Positions 55,644 through 62,260 of a DNA stretch of 64,000 bases are shown piece after piece. Origin of the DNA: an uncultured Bacteroidia bacterium (GTDB taxonomy: Bacteria > Bacteroidota > Bacteroidia > Bacteroidales > ML635J-15); contig CADAXK010000008.1 in NCBI GenBank assembly GCA_902791865.1, positions 9,198 through 73,197 on the forward strand, read 5' to 3'. The notes under the pieces are model-generated. The model searched no databases, was not told where the DNA came from, and saw only the letters and a program-made list of their open reading frames with translations. A program made the position numbers and the translations under genes. How positions within the stretch are numbered: position 1 is the stretch's first letter; every line of letters begins with the position of its first letter.

Positions 55644-56168
55644 TTAGTTACTTTTGCGGCGGATTTCTTGTCGCTCGCGCCAAGACGGGGACTTTTGCCA
55701 CCACGCGCGCCGCTTTGCGGTGAAAACGATAGGCGAGGACAAGAAATCTTTTTTTTCTACTTCTGAATAGAAAGATTTTAATATATATCCCGATTTAATT
55801 ATCTTCAAGCTAGTTATGACCGTTTTGCCACCCGAGGTCCTTTTCCATTTATAGCAAATATGATTCTTGTCGTTTATAACAATGTCGCCAAACTGTACCG
55901 TATCACAAATTGACAGTATGTCGAATGCTGAAACATTTCCAGTCCTTCCGTGGAAGTGCTTCAGCAGTATATGCTGAGACCCTTCCTGTGGTCGGTCTGG
56001 AAAAATCTGAAACTTCACAGTATTACCGTTTTTATCAGTTACGGTAAATAAGACAGGCTTGCCAGATGTGCGTACAAATGTATCGTACACGCGCTGTTGC
56101 TGACCGGTAAGGACTGCCTCGCCAATTTCCTTCTTAAATTGCTTTATCTTGTCGTCAATGGTCGCCAT
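55644..56168 (-). CDS. Homolog of the SSB-associated QH[IV]L[LI]xH protein, with a basic C-terminal extension
   Basis: MATIDDKIKQFKKEIGEAVLTGQQQRVYDTF...GSQHILLKHFHGRTGNVSAFDIL...LKSFYSE aligns along its length with 42347-42763. Confidence 0.7.
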   Translation of the reverse strand: MATIDDKIKQFKKEIGEAVLTGQQQRVYDTFVRTSGKPVLFTVTDKNGNTVKFQIFPDRPQEGSQHILLKHFHGRTGNVSAFDILSICDTVQFGDIVINDKNHICYKWKRTSGGKTVITSLKIIKSGYILKSFYSEVEKKDFLSSPIVFTAKRRAWWQKSPSWRERQEIRRKSN

Positions 56169-56171
56169 GCT

Positions 56172-56264
56172 CTAACCTTTAGTTCGTTTCACAATAATCC
56201 ATACCGTCACGGCCAGAACTATCGTCACTGCTAGTATCCCCGTAGCTGTCAGCCATTTTTTTTT
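56172..56264 (-). other. -1-frame extension encoding a TM anchor, reachable from the glucosaminidase frame through an A9 slippery run
   Basis: The mRNA reads AGC GTA AAA AAA AAT GGC TGA in the zero frame. The -1 frame reads CGT AAA AAA AAA TGG CTG... = RKKKWLTATGILAVTIVLAVTVWIIVKRTKG, stopping 3 nt before the next gene's ATG. No in-frame start codon precedes the TM segment. Confidence 0.55.
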
Positions 56265-56758
56265 ACGCTCCAGATCTTGTCGTATTGACGCAGACCGTTG
56301 GCGTTGATTATTGAAACAATCTTGCCTACATAGTCGGGATCGGTTGCGTAGCCGGCTTCCCACATCAGGCGTATCTGTTCGTCGGGCGTGGCAGCCTTCA
56401 GCGCAGCTGCGTACCTAGGCGCACGGGAGAGCATGGCGTTGCGGTCGCGGAGGCTGTCGGACATGGAGCGGTACACGCGAAAGTTGTCGCGGTAGCTTTC
56501 GTTCCAGCCGCCGTCGAGATATTCCGACGTGCGGAGGTTCACGCTGCGGTCGACCTTCGGGTCCCACGCGCTGGAGAACCTGACGGCGGAAGCCTTCACA
56601 CCGAAGTAGTTGTTGTACTTCTTCGACAGTCCACTTTCGCCCCATCCGCTTTCTAGCGCGGCCTGTGCTATCATTACCGACGGGAACAGTCCGTGGAAGT
56701 CGGGCTGCTGCCTTATTGCCTCCACCATTTGCCGTATGAATTCCTGCTTGTCTGCCAT
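56249..56758 (-). CDS. Mannosyl-glycoprotein endo-beta-N-acetylglucosaminidase (FlgJ-type glucosaminidase domain)
   Basis: PSVMIAQAALESGWGESGLSKKYNNYFGVKA is the hallmark of the glucosaminidase family. The zero-frame stop lies just after an A9 run. Confidence 0.8.
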   Translation of the reverse strand: MADKQEFIRQMVEAIRQQPDFHGLFPSVMIAQAALESGWGESGLSKKYNNYFGVKASAVRFSSAWDPKVDRSVNLRTSEYLDGGWNESYRDNFRVYRSMSDSLRDRNAMLSRAPRYAAALKAATPDEQIRLMWEAGYATDPDYVGKIVSIINANGLRQYDKIWSVKKNG

Positions 56759-56803
56759 GATGTTCTTGTTTTAGTTTCTACGCTTCTGGATCGGTTTTGT
56801 TAT

Positions 56804-57259
56804 TTAGGCGGTAGCCGGAACGCTTTCAAGTACATACTGGAATGAAGGGGCCGTCCTCTGGATGAGGTCCAAAATCTGTTTTGCAACAGTCCAATTGCCT
56901 GCATGATTGCTGATGGCGGTTAGAGTCTTCGGTCCTATAAGTCCGTCAACAGCCAGATTTTCTTGCGCCCTTGCATTGAAAAACTCCTGCAATAGTTTCA
57001 CATTATTTTTATTCTTGAAATTGATGCATTTCTCCTGATCGTTAACTTTTATCTTGTAGTAGGAGTAGCCTGTCCATGCACCGACATTAATAGGGAATCT
57101 GGTACCCTGCAACACGCCGGCCAGTCCGCCATTGTCGGAATTTGGGGTAGTTCCGCCGTTGTCGTCGTTGCCGTTCTTGCGGCGGAACACGAAATATGCC
57201 GCAACGGCGACAGCCACCACGAGCAAGATCACGATAATTATTATGCCATTGTTTTTCAT
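56804..57259 (-). CDS. Membrane-anchored protein with a peptidoglycan-binding (PG_binding_1-like) domain
   Basis: N-terminal TM IIIIVILLVVAVAVAAYFVF. LLQEFFNARAQENLAVDGLIGPKTLTAI resembles the PGB1 repeat. Confidence 0.6.
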   Translation of the reverse strand: MKNNGIIIIVILLVVAVAVAAYFVFRRKNGNDDNGGTTPNSDNGGLAGVLQGTRFPINVGAWTGYSYYKIKVNDQEKCINFKNKNNVKLLQEFFNARAQENLAVDGLIGPKTLTAISNHAGNWTVAKQILDLIQRTAPSFQYVLESVPATA

Positions 57260-57292
57260 ATACCTATTAATTATTAGTTGTTAGTTTAAGTG

Positions 57293-57823
57293 TTATCTGT
57301 CGCTGGCAGGTACACCTATTTCTGTCAGGTGTTCCTTGATGCACCCAAATACATAAGCATCGTTGGAATCGTCACCAAAGGAATCCCACCAGCTGCCTTT
57401 CTCTTCAAATTCTGCCTTTATGTCATCCCACATATCAGAATGAAACTCTTCCTGGTACGAAGCTTTTACAAGAAAGTAGTCGGCTGCAGTAGGAATTGAT
57501 CTGACTGCGCTCAACATCTTTTCCTCGTCGGTACCCCAGCCCCCTAGCACAGCGTACTGGTTTGTAGTCCCAGCTTCTGTCATTGCCATCCTAATCTGCT
57601 GTGCAACGCTCTTGATTTGCACCGATGTGAGCTGTGACGGAGCGCCTCCTGCATTCTGTAACGCATTGGCACGTTCCACAAATTCATTTATTTTTTCCTG
57701 GTCATCCTTTTTCTTCTTGTGCTTCTTGCCGAAATGCACAGCCACGATGATCAGCACGATAATTACAATGGCAACCACAGCCACCGTTATCCATTGCTTT
57801 TTGCTAAGTTCCGGAATTTTCAT
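57293..57823 (-). CDS. Membrane-anchored protein with a single annexin-like repeat
   Basis: N-terminal TM WITVAVVAIVIIVLIIVAV. GGWGTDEEKMLSAVRSIPTAADYFLVKASYQEEFHSDMWDDIKAEF resembles the annexin repeat (G-x-G-T-D-E..L......R......I...Y.......L..DI). Confidence 0.55.
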   Translation of the reverse strand: MKIPELSKKQWITVAVVAIVIIVLIIVAVHFGKKHKKKKDDQEKINEFVERANALQNAGGAPSQLTSVQIKSVAQQIRMAMTEAGTTNQYAVLGGWGTDEEKMLSAVRSIPTAADYFLVKASYQEEFHSDMWDDIKAEFEEKGSWWDSFGDDSNDAYVFGCIKEHLTEIGVPASDR

Positions 57824-57825
57824 AG

Positions 57826-58158
57826 CTACGATCTCCCTATTATTCTCGCGTTATTGCTCAAAGATGTTGCTCCAGCAATTGGCTTTTCTTCTAATGTTAT
57901 CTGAGATACAGGCTTTGGCTCTTTTACGACTGGCCTCGGTTCTTTTACGACAGGTTTAGGCTGACGGTTGCTGCCGTCATTGATGGAAACCCTATCTCCA
58001 TTGCAGTCATCTTGTGTTTCAGAACCGTTTCCCGTGGCGCTGGGTCTAGTGTTTCCGTAAACCAAGCTGGGATCTTTTCTACTTCTACAGAAGAACCACC
58101 ATACTGCTACTGCGGCAACCACAGCCACGATAATCCATATCAATGTTTTGTATTTCAT
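57826..58158 (-). CDS. Small N-terminally anchored membrane protein with a KPVVKEP tandem repeat
   Basis: TM LIWIIVAVVAAVAVWWFF, and the repeat PKPVVKEPRPVVKEPKPV. Confidence 0.6.
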   Translation of the reverse strand: MKYKTLIWIIVAVVAAVAVWWFFCRSRKDPSLVYGNTRPSATGNGSETQDDCNGDRVSINDGSNRQPKPVVKEPRPVVKEPKPVSQITLEEKPIAGATSLSNNARIIGRS

Positions 58159-58159
58159 A

Positions 58160-58324
58160 CTACTTAAGTTTCTTTGTCAATATTATTCCACCAAGCACCA
58201 CAAGCACTACCGCTGCCAGTATCGGATAGAGCGTATCCTTTTCGACGCGTACTGACACAGGAACATCGGTGTTGCCTGCAATGAGATTGTTTACATTTCC
58301 TAACAATTCACTGAACTTATCCAT
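58160..58324 (-). CDS. Small tail-anchored membrane protein (54 aa)
   Basis: Start at MDKFSELLGN, which avoids overlap with the upstream gene. The C-terminal TM is LYPILAAVVLVVLGGIILT. Confidence 0.55.
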   Translation of the reverse strand: MDKFSELLGNVNNLIAGNTDVPVSVRVEKDTLYPILAAVVLVVLGGIILTKKLK

Positions 58325-58356
58325 AATTGAAAGTTTTTGAGTCGAGAGTTTTTTTT

Positions 58357-58776
58357 TTACAAGGGGCTGTCGAATGTGCGCTGATAAGCTTCTTCCCACT
58401 CGTCCTCGGTGATGCCGTGGTTCTTTATCGCTTGAGCCTGTGTTGCGCTGATGACCCGGCGGTTAGAATCGCCACGGAGGTGACTGCCGTCGGTACACCA
58501 CGATATGAAGTTCGGGAAGGTTGTGCTTCTTGCAGCAGCTGGCGTATATCCGCCATCGGAAAAGTCATCTGCCTGTCCGCGCACCCATAGAACATATTGC
58601 CAGAATGTTCGCACATGGTTTATCTGCTTGGCATCAAAAGTCTTGATAATCCATTCCACATTTTCGGAATTAGCATTACCCTTCTTGGATTTCTCCTTGC
58701 GGAAGAACATGAAATATGCAGCAACCACAATGATGACCGCTACAATTACTATTAATAATCTCTTATCCTTAAACAT
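58357..58776 (-). CDS. N-terminally anchored membrane protein (139 aa)
   Basis: TM LLIVIVAVIIVVAAYFMFF. No motif recognised. Confidence 0.6.
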   Translation of the reverse strand: MFKDKRLLIVIVAVIIVVAAYFMFFRKEKSKKGNANSENVEWIIKTFDAKQINHVRTFWQYVLWVRGQADDFSDGGYTPAAARSTTFPNFISWCTDGSHLRGDSNRRVISATQAQAIKNHGITEDEWEEAYQRTFDSPL

Positions 58777-58792
58777 AATAAATTCTTTATTA

Positions 58793-59329
58793 TCACTTAC
58801 CTATAAAATCTCTGCCGTCAGAATTAAGCAAATCTTTGAACTTATGACCTTGATTGGCTTTGCTGTTCCAATGGTCGCGCGCATATCCGATGAATGCATA
58901 CACAGTTACATGCTCCAATATGGACTGGCGCACACTTTCGGTAATGGCTCCGTTTGTTGCCTTGTCCCTGAGTGCAGCTTCAAACGCTTCTTCTGTATTT
59001 CTATCTCGGCCATCATACCATCCTGCAGTGTTGAGGATATTTGCAACATCGACATCAGCTATCATGTCGTGTACCCACTGCTTTTGAGTTTCGATATGCG
59101 ACGAAGGTCGCACAGCATTCAACTCACGTCTCTTGTCGTCGCTCCAACCTCCTCCCGAAGAACTGTTGCCACCCGACGAACCGCCAGACGAGCCACTCGA
59201 CGAACCGCCAAGCAATTTGCTCTTGCTGGTACCGGCATCATCTCCACTGTCATTTTTCTTGTACATCATATAAAGCACCAGCACAACCGCCAGAGCCACA
59301 AGTACCCAAGTCAATGTATTCTTGTTCAT
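58793..59329 (-). CDS. N-terminally anchored membrane protein with a Gly/Ser linker (178 aa)
   Basis: TM LTWVLVALAVVLVLYMMY, then GGSSSGSSGGSSGGNSSSGGG, then a globular C-terminal part. Confidence 0.6.
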   Translation of the reverse strand: MNKNTLTWVLVALAVVLVLYMMYKKNDSGDDAGTSKSKLLGGSSSGSSGGSSGGNSSSGGGWSDDKRRELNAVRPSSHIETQKQWVHDMIADVDVANILNTAGWYDGRDRNTEEAFEAALRDKATNGAITESVRQSILEHVTVYAFIGYARDHWNSKANQGHKFKDLLNSDGRDFIGK

Positions 59330-59333
59330 TTCG

Positions 59334-59579
59334 TTATCCCTTTATGTTAATAACCACTACCACAACTGCAATTGCCACTATTGCCAGCTTTATGATGTCG
59401 GAGTCGTCGTCGGCTTCCAGCTTCGAGAGCCTTTCCGACATCTCGGCATCGAGAAGTGCCAGGCGTTCGTTCTGGTCGAGCTGCTCCATGTTGTACTGGT
59501 ACAACAGTTCGGCATTGTACATCTCCTGTGTCCTCTTAGGGTTAAAGAACGCCGTAAATTTTCCCCAGAAATCTTTCAC
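59334..59579 (-). CDS. Small tail-anchored membrane protein (81 aa)
   Basis: An acidic coiled segment followed by the C-terminal TM IIKLAIVAIAVVVVVI. It has a 4-nt overlap with the upstream gene. Confidence 0.6.
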   Translation of the reverse strand: MKDFWGKFTAFFNPKRTQEMYNAELLYQYNMEQLDQNERLALLDAEMSERLSKLEADDDSDIIKLAIVAIAVVVVVINIKG

Positions 59580-59812
59580 GCCTTTGCCCTCTTGATAAAT
59601 ATCACACCAACAATAAGTACGACAACCACGAATACAATACCAAGCACAAGCGTCCTAGTCCTGCCGGCACTTGCTTCGTATGCGGCGCGGTCGCTTTCGC
59701 TTTGCATAAGCATCTCGAACTTCCCCTTGCCGAAAAGCCGGAGTTCAACCAGGTTGAGGAAATCGGCGAATGTACCGTCGTCCCTGTATCTTTGCGAACT
59801 GTATGTCACCAT
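59576..59812 (-). CDS. Small tail-anchored membrane protein (78 aa)
   Basis: C-terminal TM LVLGIVFVVVVLIVGVIFI. Confidence 0.6.
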   Translation of the reverse strand: MVTYSSQRYRDDGTFADFLNLVELRLFGKGKFEMLMQSESDRAAYEASAGRTRTLVLGIVFVVVVLIVGVIFIKRAKA

Positions 59813-59816
59813 ATTG

Positions 59817-60020
59817 CTAAGACTTTATAAGCACTATCATTACCACTACCAGAACAACGACGATTGCTGCGCCTTCGGCCACACTGGATGCCACAAGCAG
59901 GTTGCTCCTGCTTCTCGCCGTCTCCACCGTCCTTTCGGTGCGCTGTTGCCCGCTTTCTGAAACGAAGCCGAACAAGCCCTTGACAACGCCTGCAACCGCG
60001 CCTATTATCGCCTCTGCCAT
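59817..60020 (-). CDS. Small membrane protein (67 aa)
   Basis: N-terminal hydrophobic or amphipathic segment AIIGAVAGVVKGLFGFV and C-terminal TM AAIVVVLVVVMIVLI. Confidence 0.6.
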   Translation of the reverse strand: MAEAIIGAVAGVVKGLFGFVSESGQQRTERTVETARSRSNLLVASSVAEGAAIVVVLVVVMIVLIKS

Positions 60021-60021
60021 G

Positions 60022-60654
60022 CTACTTGTTCAGTTTTACCAACAGTATCACGATGATTGCGCAGAGCAGAATGTTTGTCATAGCTGCGCGATGCTGCCTT
60101 ACATTGAAGAACACCACTGGCTGCTGCTTCTGGATGTGGTTCTGCGGAGTGTTGCCACCACCGAGCATGTCGCCACCATTGCCGTTGTTGTTTTCACCAG
60201 GATTTTCAATACCTTCACCTGTACCGCCATCAATGCGTCTTGAGCCATTGAACGGCTGCTTTCTTTGCTTTGTAATTACGTTCATTTTCAATATATTTAA
60301 TTCGTTAATAGCTTTTTCGTTTCTGTTTTCCTTCGCATCGATGCGCAGAGCTGCACGGTATAGGCTTTCGAGCCGGGCAGGACTGATGAACGGGATGGAA
60401 CCGATTTGCCTTACCACTGTCTTTAGCGACTGCGGGAATGTTCCGTACATGCGCCTGATGGCGTACTCGTCGGCCTTTTCCTCGCTGTCGGTCTGCAGCC
60501 GGTAGTGACCTTCCTCGTGCAGCAGCATGAACCGCTGCTGGATGTCGGTGTAGCCGTCCCATACGGAGCGGTTTACGCTGACAGTGCCGGTGGCCATGTC
60601 AACTTCAGCCGGACACGCACCCATCTGCGCCGATGTGAGGTACTGGATTTTCAT
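60022..60654 (-). CDS. Putative minimal zinc metallopeptidase (HEEGH) with a low-complexity linker and a C-terminal TM
   Basis: FMLLHEEGHYRL is an HExxH motif. It also has a GGTGEGIENPGENNNGNGGDMLGGGN linker and the C-terminal TM ILLCAIIVILLV. Confidence 0.6.
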   Translation of the reverse strand: MKIQYLTSAQMGACPAEVDMATGTVSVNRSVWDGYTDIQQRFMLLHEEGHYRLQTDSEEKADEYAIRRMYGTFPQSLKTVVRQIGSIPFISPARLESLYRAALRIDAKENRNEKAINELNILKMNVITKQRKQPFNGSRRIDGGTGEGIENPGENNNGNGGDMLGGGNTPQNHIQKQQPVVFFNVRQHRAAMTNILLCAIIVILLVKLNK

Positions 60655-60658
60655 CTTC

Positions 60659-60802
60659 CTACAGTTTGCCCTTGAGGTTCTTTCCAGCTTCCTTAATGCA
60701 GGTCGTCCACTTCTTTCTTGGGTTGGCCTTCTGTATCTTCTTGGCCTCGCCTGTAATCTTGCGGCCCATTGCCGCCAGTTCCTTCTTGGTCTTTGTTGCC
60801 AT
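60659..60802 (-). CDS. 47-aa highly basic protein (candidate nucleic-acid-binding or condensing protein)
   Basis: Below the track's length cut-off. I translated it as MATKTKKELAAMGRKITGEAKKIQKANPRKKWTTCIKEAGKNLKGKL (15 K/R, 4 E). Its stop lies 4 nt before the next ATG. Confidence 0.5.
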   Translation of the reverse strand: MATKTKKELAAMGRKITGEAKKIQKANPRKKWTTCIKEAGKNLKGKL

Positions 60803-60940
60803 TTTTCAATTAAATTTTTGTTGTGTTAAAAATTATTTCTATTTTTGCCTCTGAAAACAAGTCAGTTTACAGATATAAGAGGCTAGGGCTCTAATCTATA
60901 AATTGGCTTGTTTTCGTTTTTTGAAAGTCTCATAGAGTTT

Positions 60941-61285
60941 TTATTTTCTCAGTGCAATCACGAATATGAGCATCATCGCCATTATTCCGCCTACGATGCC
61001 AATCCACGCGCCAGTGGACAAACCACCGCTGCGCTGATAGATGTCGTAGTCGTAGTTTTCCTTGCGGTTCCATGCCGATATGCCAAGTCCTATGCTGCCG
61101 AATATGTTCGCCAGTCCGCTTAGCCAGTCGGATGCACTGGTTTTGTTTGAACTGCCAGTATTGGTGCTGGAACCACTGTCTGTATTGTAGTAATAACTGC
61201 CGTTTTCCATTGGCGGTCCAACAAAGTCGTCACCGTCAGCCTTTCTTTTGGGCATTCCGAGTATATGTGTATTGTTATTCTTCAT
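60941..61285 (-). CDS. Tail-anchored membrane protein (114 aa from the internal Met)
   Basis: Start at MKNNNTHILG. It has an S/T/G/N-rich middle and the C-terminal TM AWIGIVGGIMAMMLIFVIAL. Confidence 0.55.
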   Translation of the reverse strand: MKNNNTHILGMPKRKADGDDFVGPPMENGSYYYNTDSGSSTNTGSSNKTSASDWLSGLANIFGSIGLGISAWNRKENYDYDIYQRSGGLSTGAWIGIVGGIMAMMLIFVIALRK

Positions 61286-61312
61286 CGCCGTTGGATTTAA
61301 GGTTTTACAAAT

Positions 61313-61339
61313 CGTCCGCCAACGGAAGGCTGGCGGACG
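61313..61339 (-). terminator. 9-bp stem-loop just downstream of the capsid-candidate gene (attenuator or mRNA-stabilising hairpin candidate)
   Basis: CGTCCGCCA / TGGCGGACG arms with a 9-nt loop, followed on the minus strand by ATTTGTAAAA (weak U tract). Confidence 0.4.
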
Positions 61340-61375
61340 GATAATACCCACGCATCCACCTGCATCACGCGCCAC

Positions 61376-62023
61376 CTAGAAGCGGAGGGTGAACGTCATG
61401 GTGGTGTTTGCTGGAACGTTTACGACCCACAAAAGGGTGTCGTTGATGATCATGTTGTCGTTCTCGAAGTCGATGTCGATCTTGTCGTCGTTCTCCTGGA
61501 AACGCGAATAGAACTTGTTGAGTTCAATGGTTTCTGGGGTTACCTTCTTGAACGGGTTCAAGTGCGAAACCTCCATGTCACCGTCGTAAGCGTCGGTGTT
61601 GGTCGCCTTAATGGTCATCGATCGGAGGATAACCTCGTTGGTCTTTACGAAATCGAGGAAGTCACGGATGCGGCGTTCGCTGTTGGTCGCCTGTACTGCA
61701 ATGTTAGCGTCGGACATGTCGTCGTCGATGATACGGTCGATGGAATAGCCGGCAGCAACGAGTGCCGCGGTGTTGTGATGATGCGCAACTATGCTGACTT
61801 CCTTGGTATTGTCGTCGAATGTGGCGGCCATGCCTAACGTGTCGAAATAAGCAGGTACTATGGCCACGCGGAGAGCCTGTCCGCCTGCTGCGTTCTTGTT
61901 CTGAATTGAAAACTGGATCTTGTTACCCAATGCTCCAGATGCCTTTGATACTTCTAATGACATATTTCCTGTGAATTTGTTTGTTAATAATCTCGTTTTT
62001 CTAAAAATTTTCTGTTTTTCCAT
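61376..62023 (-). CDS. Beta-rich soluble protein, candidate major structural (jelly-roll capsid?) protein
   Basis: 215 aa (195 aa from the internal MSLEV start) with no TM and an alternating beta-strand-like sequence ending ...NTTMTFTLRF. It is among the largest of the few TM-less products in the operon. The fold assignment is inference only. Confidence 0.35.
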   Translation of the reverse strand: MEKQKIFRKTRLLTNKFTGNMSLEVSKASGALGNKIQFSIQNKNAAGGQALRVAIVPAYFDTLGMAATFDDNTKEVSIVAHHHNTAALVAAGYSIDRIIDDDMSDANIAVQATNSERRIRDFLDFVKTNEVILRSMTIKATNTDAYDGDMEVSHLNPFKKVTPETIELNKFYSRFQENDDKIDIDFENDNMIINDTLLWVVNVPANTTMTFTLRF

Positions 62024-62193
62024 TACTCTTCAGGTGTGTCGGTTGTGGTGGTTGTGTCGGGTTTGTTGTCGCCGTTCTTGTCGGTTGGCGGAAGTGTCGG
62101 CTTGCCGCGCAATGCGAAGTACATCGCAAGTCCTGCTACCACTACGCAGATAACCACGAAGAGTGCCAGATGGTCGTTGATAAATTTCTTCAT
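62023..62193 (-). CDS. 56-aa membrane protein, first gene of the operon
   Basis: Below the track cut-off. I translated it as MKKFINDHLALFVVICVVVAGLAMYFALRGKPTLPPTDKNGDNKPDTTTTTDTPEE. Its TAA overlaps the ATG of the next gene (TAATG). Confidence 0.55.
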   Translation of the reverse strand: MKKFINDHLALFVVICVVVAGLAMYFALRGKPTLPPTDKNGDNKPDTTTTTDTPEE

Positions 62194-62260
62194 TGTCCTA
62201 AAAATTAAAAGTTACACGCTCGCAAAATTGATGACAATGAAAATGGCGATGTCCCGTTTA

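Noticed and set aside
56172-56363. 63-aa ORF treated as an independent gene
   Set aside because: Its only Met lies deep inside the glucosaminidase gene in another frame. Only its last roughly 30 codons (the TM helix) make sense, and they are better explained as a -1-frame extension through the A9 run.
58346-58355. T10 homopolymer (A10 on the coding strand) as a second frameshift or phase-variation site
   Set aside because: It lies between the stop of the 58357-58776 gene and the preferred start (58324) of the next gene, so it is intergenic. There is no frame-fusion logic comparable to the A9 site.
58505-59960. Plus-strand ORFs of 281, 184 and 212 aa inside the element
   Set aside because: They are antisense to the packed run of minus-strand membrane-protein genes. 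Their products are low-complexity (for example the RRTARRATRRTA antisense of the Gly/Ser linker) and break the operon logic.
62194-62230. Promoter for the long operon (TTTG plus TAACTTTT / TAATTTTT boxes)
   Set aside because: The spacing is 8 or 15 nt instead of about 19, and the closeness to the ATG does not fit the Bacteroidetes consensus. The real promoter is probably further upstream within the repeat hub.
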